A stretch of 64,000 bases of DNA from Macrostomum lignano. Taxonomy: Eukaryota. A program made the translations under genes and the position numbers. The stretch is from contig NIVC01001894.1 of assembly GCA_002269645.1 (NCBI GenBank), positions 186,001-250,000 on the forward strand, in the 5' to 3' direction. The notes beneath the pieces are model-generated. The model made no database searches. It saw nothing but the letters and a program-made list of their open reading frames with translations, and had not been told where the DNA came from. Positions within the stretch are counted from its first letter, which is position 1. Each line of letters opens with the position of its first letter. Positions 60,984 through 64,000 of the stretch are shown in pieces.

Positions 60984-63109
60984 TATGTACCACATGCCAA
61001 GCATAATGCCTAGACTAAGGGAAGGTATAGGGCAGTTTGTTTAAACATTTTCATTACAAAAATTAAAAATATAATACACAAATGTTTCTATTTGTATATT
61101 ATATTAAAACTTTATAAATATATAGGTATAAAAAAGAAAATAATGTAAAAAAATTTGTATTATAACATAATTTCTAAATTTTAAACTTTGTTTTACTTTT
61201 TATCAATTTTATTTCCAAGCATTTATGCCAAGGCTTTTTTTGTAAAATTACACTAGATATTTTGGCATAACAGTAATAAAACAGACCATGGCTAAGCTTT
61301 AAATTTATTGACTTTTGTCAGTTTACAATTGATTGGCCTAATGTGAATCCAACTTGAATTGTATTACTATAAAACAGAGTTTGGTAGCATAGGCCCTAGA
61401 ATAAGATTGCATTTACAAATTAGACTTGATTTGCATTCTATAATAGTCATATATGCCCAACCTTAAAATTTCACCCATCTAATGCAACTTACTTTTGTCT
61501 AGATTTGTGATTTAGTTTCTCCCGATTATGACTTAGTTGCCCCAATTGCGACTTAATTTTCACTTTGTATATGATTTTTCTTGCCTTTTTTATTTTTTCT
61601 CTTTTTCTTTTTCTTTCCTCTTCTCTTCTCTCTTTTTCCCTCCTTTCTTTTCCCTTTCTTTTCCTCTCCCTTCTTTCTTCCCAATTTTTTGTTTTTTGCA
61701 TTTTCAATTTTGTGACTTACCTTGGTCGGTGGCCATTTCACCCATCTGGTTTGGATGGGTTAGACAGGTATTAGGCATATATGATAACAGTATATCTATA
61801 ATTGTATATTAAATTATTACAAGCTATTTTGAATAAAATTTAATAATAATTTGTAATGTAGCTCCCAATAAATCAGCCCTATTGGAATAAATGTTAAAAA
61901 CCCGCAGACGCGCGCTTTAGAAAAGAGTCAAACTATTTTACCGCGCTTTAGGATTATTAGAGATGTTCCAAAAGATCTGCAGTTTCATCGAAATCAAAAT
62001 TTGCTAACTTTCCAAAATCAAAATTGAAATTTCCCAAAATCATAATTCAGAAAAACAAAGTTTAGTATGATCAACACTCACTTTTTTACTTTCAATTTAC
62101 TGCTTAAGCAAAAAGTAATACATGTATATGTAGTAGAAAGTAGTTTATTTTTAGCGACTTTTTAGACACTACCAAAATTTTCACTTCTAAATTTTATTTC
62201 GAAATTGAAATTCGCTCTAAAAATTTCAAATTTTGGAAAATTGAAATTGAATTTTCGGAACATCTCTAAGCTTAATAAATTACGAGTGTATAAGCCCCTT
62301 CAACAGAGGTATTATACCCATTTCCATGTATATGTATTTGCTAGAGCAGCAGCCAGTAAGAAAGGGCAGCGCGCGCAAGCGCTGCGCCTGTGCGCGCGCT
62401 GCGCTTTAGAAAAATTTCAAAAGTGCGCCGGACACCGTCCGCGGTTTTACAACTTTTTCCTATAGGGTAAATCAGTATTGTTTGTCACCTAGGATATAGA
62501 AAATATGAATTTATAGTGCAAGAATAGCAATCTAGTGCCTGCTTGGGGGTGCCCAATAAGTAAAGAACAAAAATTATTTAATAAAGACAATTAAAAAGCA
62601 TATTTTAATAAGAACTAATTGGTTCTTCAGTTTTAAAAATCACCTTATTCATATAAAATTGTCATAGACAAAGATCAATAAAGAAATTAACCTAGTGCTT
62701 AAACATTTGTAAATTAAGTTAAAAAATAAAAGAAACACTCAATTGCCTTTGTAAGATAATATTTTTTTCTTTTTACAGAGCAATAATACTTAATTGCTAT
62801 AAAAAGTACTAATGCTAAACATTTTCACATTAAAAAAAATTTGAGTTTGCTTGTGCTTTATTATACTTTATTAGGTATATTCTATAAGTTTCTAAGTTAA
62901 TAATATAGTTTACTAAAGTATCTTTGGTTTATTTTACTTGTATCTAATATTTTTTCAATTTTTTTTAAATTAATAACTATGGCTATGGGAATCTATGGAA
63001 TATAACAGCAACTACCATATTTCTGTAGTTGTAGCCATAAGAGCAGCTAGCTACCATAGGCGTATCTATAGCTGCTATAGGGCACCTATTTTACCATATT
63101 TGCCATAGG

Positions 63110-63820
63110 ATCCCTAGCACACTAATTATTGCACTTGATAAGCCAGGATTATTGGACCTAATAAACCAAGGATTATTGCACTTGATAAGCCAAAGATTAC
63201 TGCACTTGATAAAGAAAGGATTATACCAAGGATTATTACACTTGATAAGCCATGGAGTATTATACTAGCTTAGAAAGGGGCTTATGGCACTATCTGAGAA
63301 AATGAATATTGCACTAGCTAAGAAGCAGACTATTATACTGGCTGAAAAAGCTAAAAAAAGAGAGCTGAGACATGGATTATTGTACAACTTAAGAAAGCAA
63401 TTATTGTATTAGCTTTACTAACTTTAGCTTAGTAACTCATGCTAACTTTATGAAGTATAATAAATATCAACTAAGGACTAATCAAATATTATAATCAAAT
63501 TATAAATACCAATATTACTAGGGCCTAATATATCTTTTTGATTCAAAATATTTTGTTTTCTAGACTTTTCGTTAAAGCTACAGCTACAGCTATGGGAATA
63601 TGGTAACATTGGGGTCCCTCTGGCTACAGAATATGGAGAATTGGGATAAGCCATAGTTTTGCTTATGGCTATGGCTATAGTACATGGACCCTCCTTATGG
63701 CGGAACACTAGCAATAATCCTTGGTTTATCAAGTGCAATAATCCTTGGCTTACCAAGTGCAATAATCCTTGGTTTATCAAATGCAATAATCCTTAACTTA
63801 TCAAGTGCAATAATCCAAGT
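63110..63820. repeat. Inverted pair of ~27-bp sub-repeat arrays (possible foldback/MITE relic)
   Basis: GGATTATTGCACTTGATAAGCC units at ~63120-63260 and their reverse complement GG(C/T)TTATCAAGTGCAATAATCC at ~63710-63820. Confidence 0.55.
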
Positions 63821-64000
63821 CTTTTTATTTAGTCCTTTATTAAAAGCTTTCAATAAAAAAATTACACTATTAAGATTTGAACTCAGGTTGCTGCATTAGT
63901 AGTCTTGTCTGTTCACATCTAGGCTAGCTCTTATTGAATTTATAAATGAATTTCTAGCATTTATAATTCAACACTCACCAAGTCAGTTATGCCACAATCA

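Overview
Eukaryotic (animal) genomic DNA with GC-rich exons and introns filled by locus-specific minisatellites. There are no prokaryotic features and no CRISPR arrays. The gene set and repeat style suggest a flatworm, possibly Macrostomum-like; this is inference only. Contents from left to right: (1) a near-identical ~5.28-kb tandem array at 1-11350, holding three copies of a METTL25-family methyltransferase (the first cut by the window edge) and two copies of a MANBAL/UPF0239 membrane protein; (2) a 5-exon NSUN4-like m5C RNA methyltransferase on the same minus strand; (3) a small heat-shock protein with two alpha-crystallin domains behind a canonical HSE+TATA promoter; (4) a lysine-rich secreted ependymin-like protein; (5) a decayed Piwi MID/PIWI fragment; (6) a complete 16-exon plexin gene at 26582-51863 on the minus strand, about 2169 aa by my manual exon assembly; (7) a gene-poor tail with a non-autonomous Mutator-like element with a perfect 9-bp TSD. 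The most interesting region is the NSUN4-METTL25-MANBAL cluster. The METTL25 copy next to NSUN4 has no usable ATG and appears built to receive one by spliced-leader trans-splicing. The duplicated copies instead gained a new ATG-led, minisatellite-encoded N-terminus at the duplication junction. All exon boundaries and family assignments were made by eye from motifs, without database searches.
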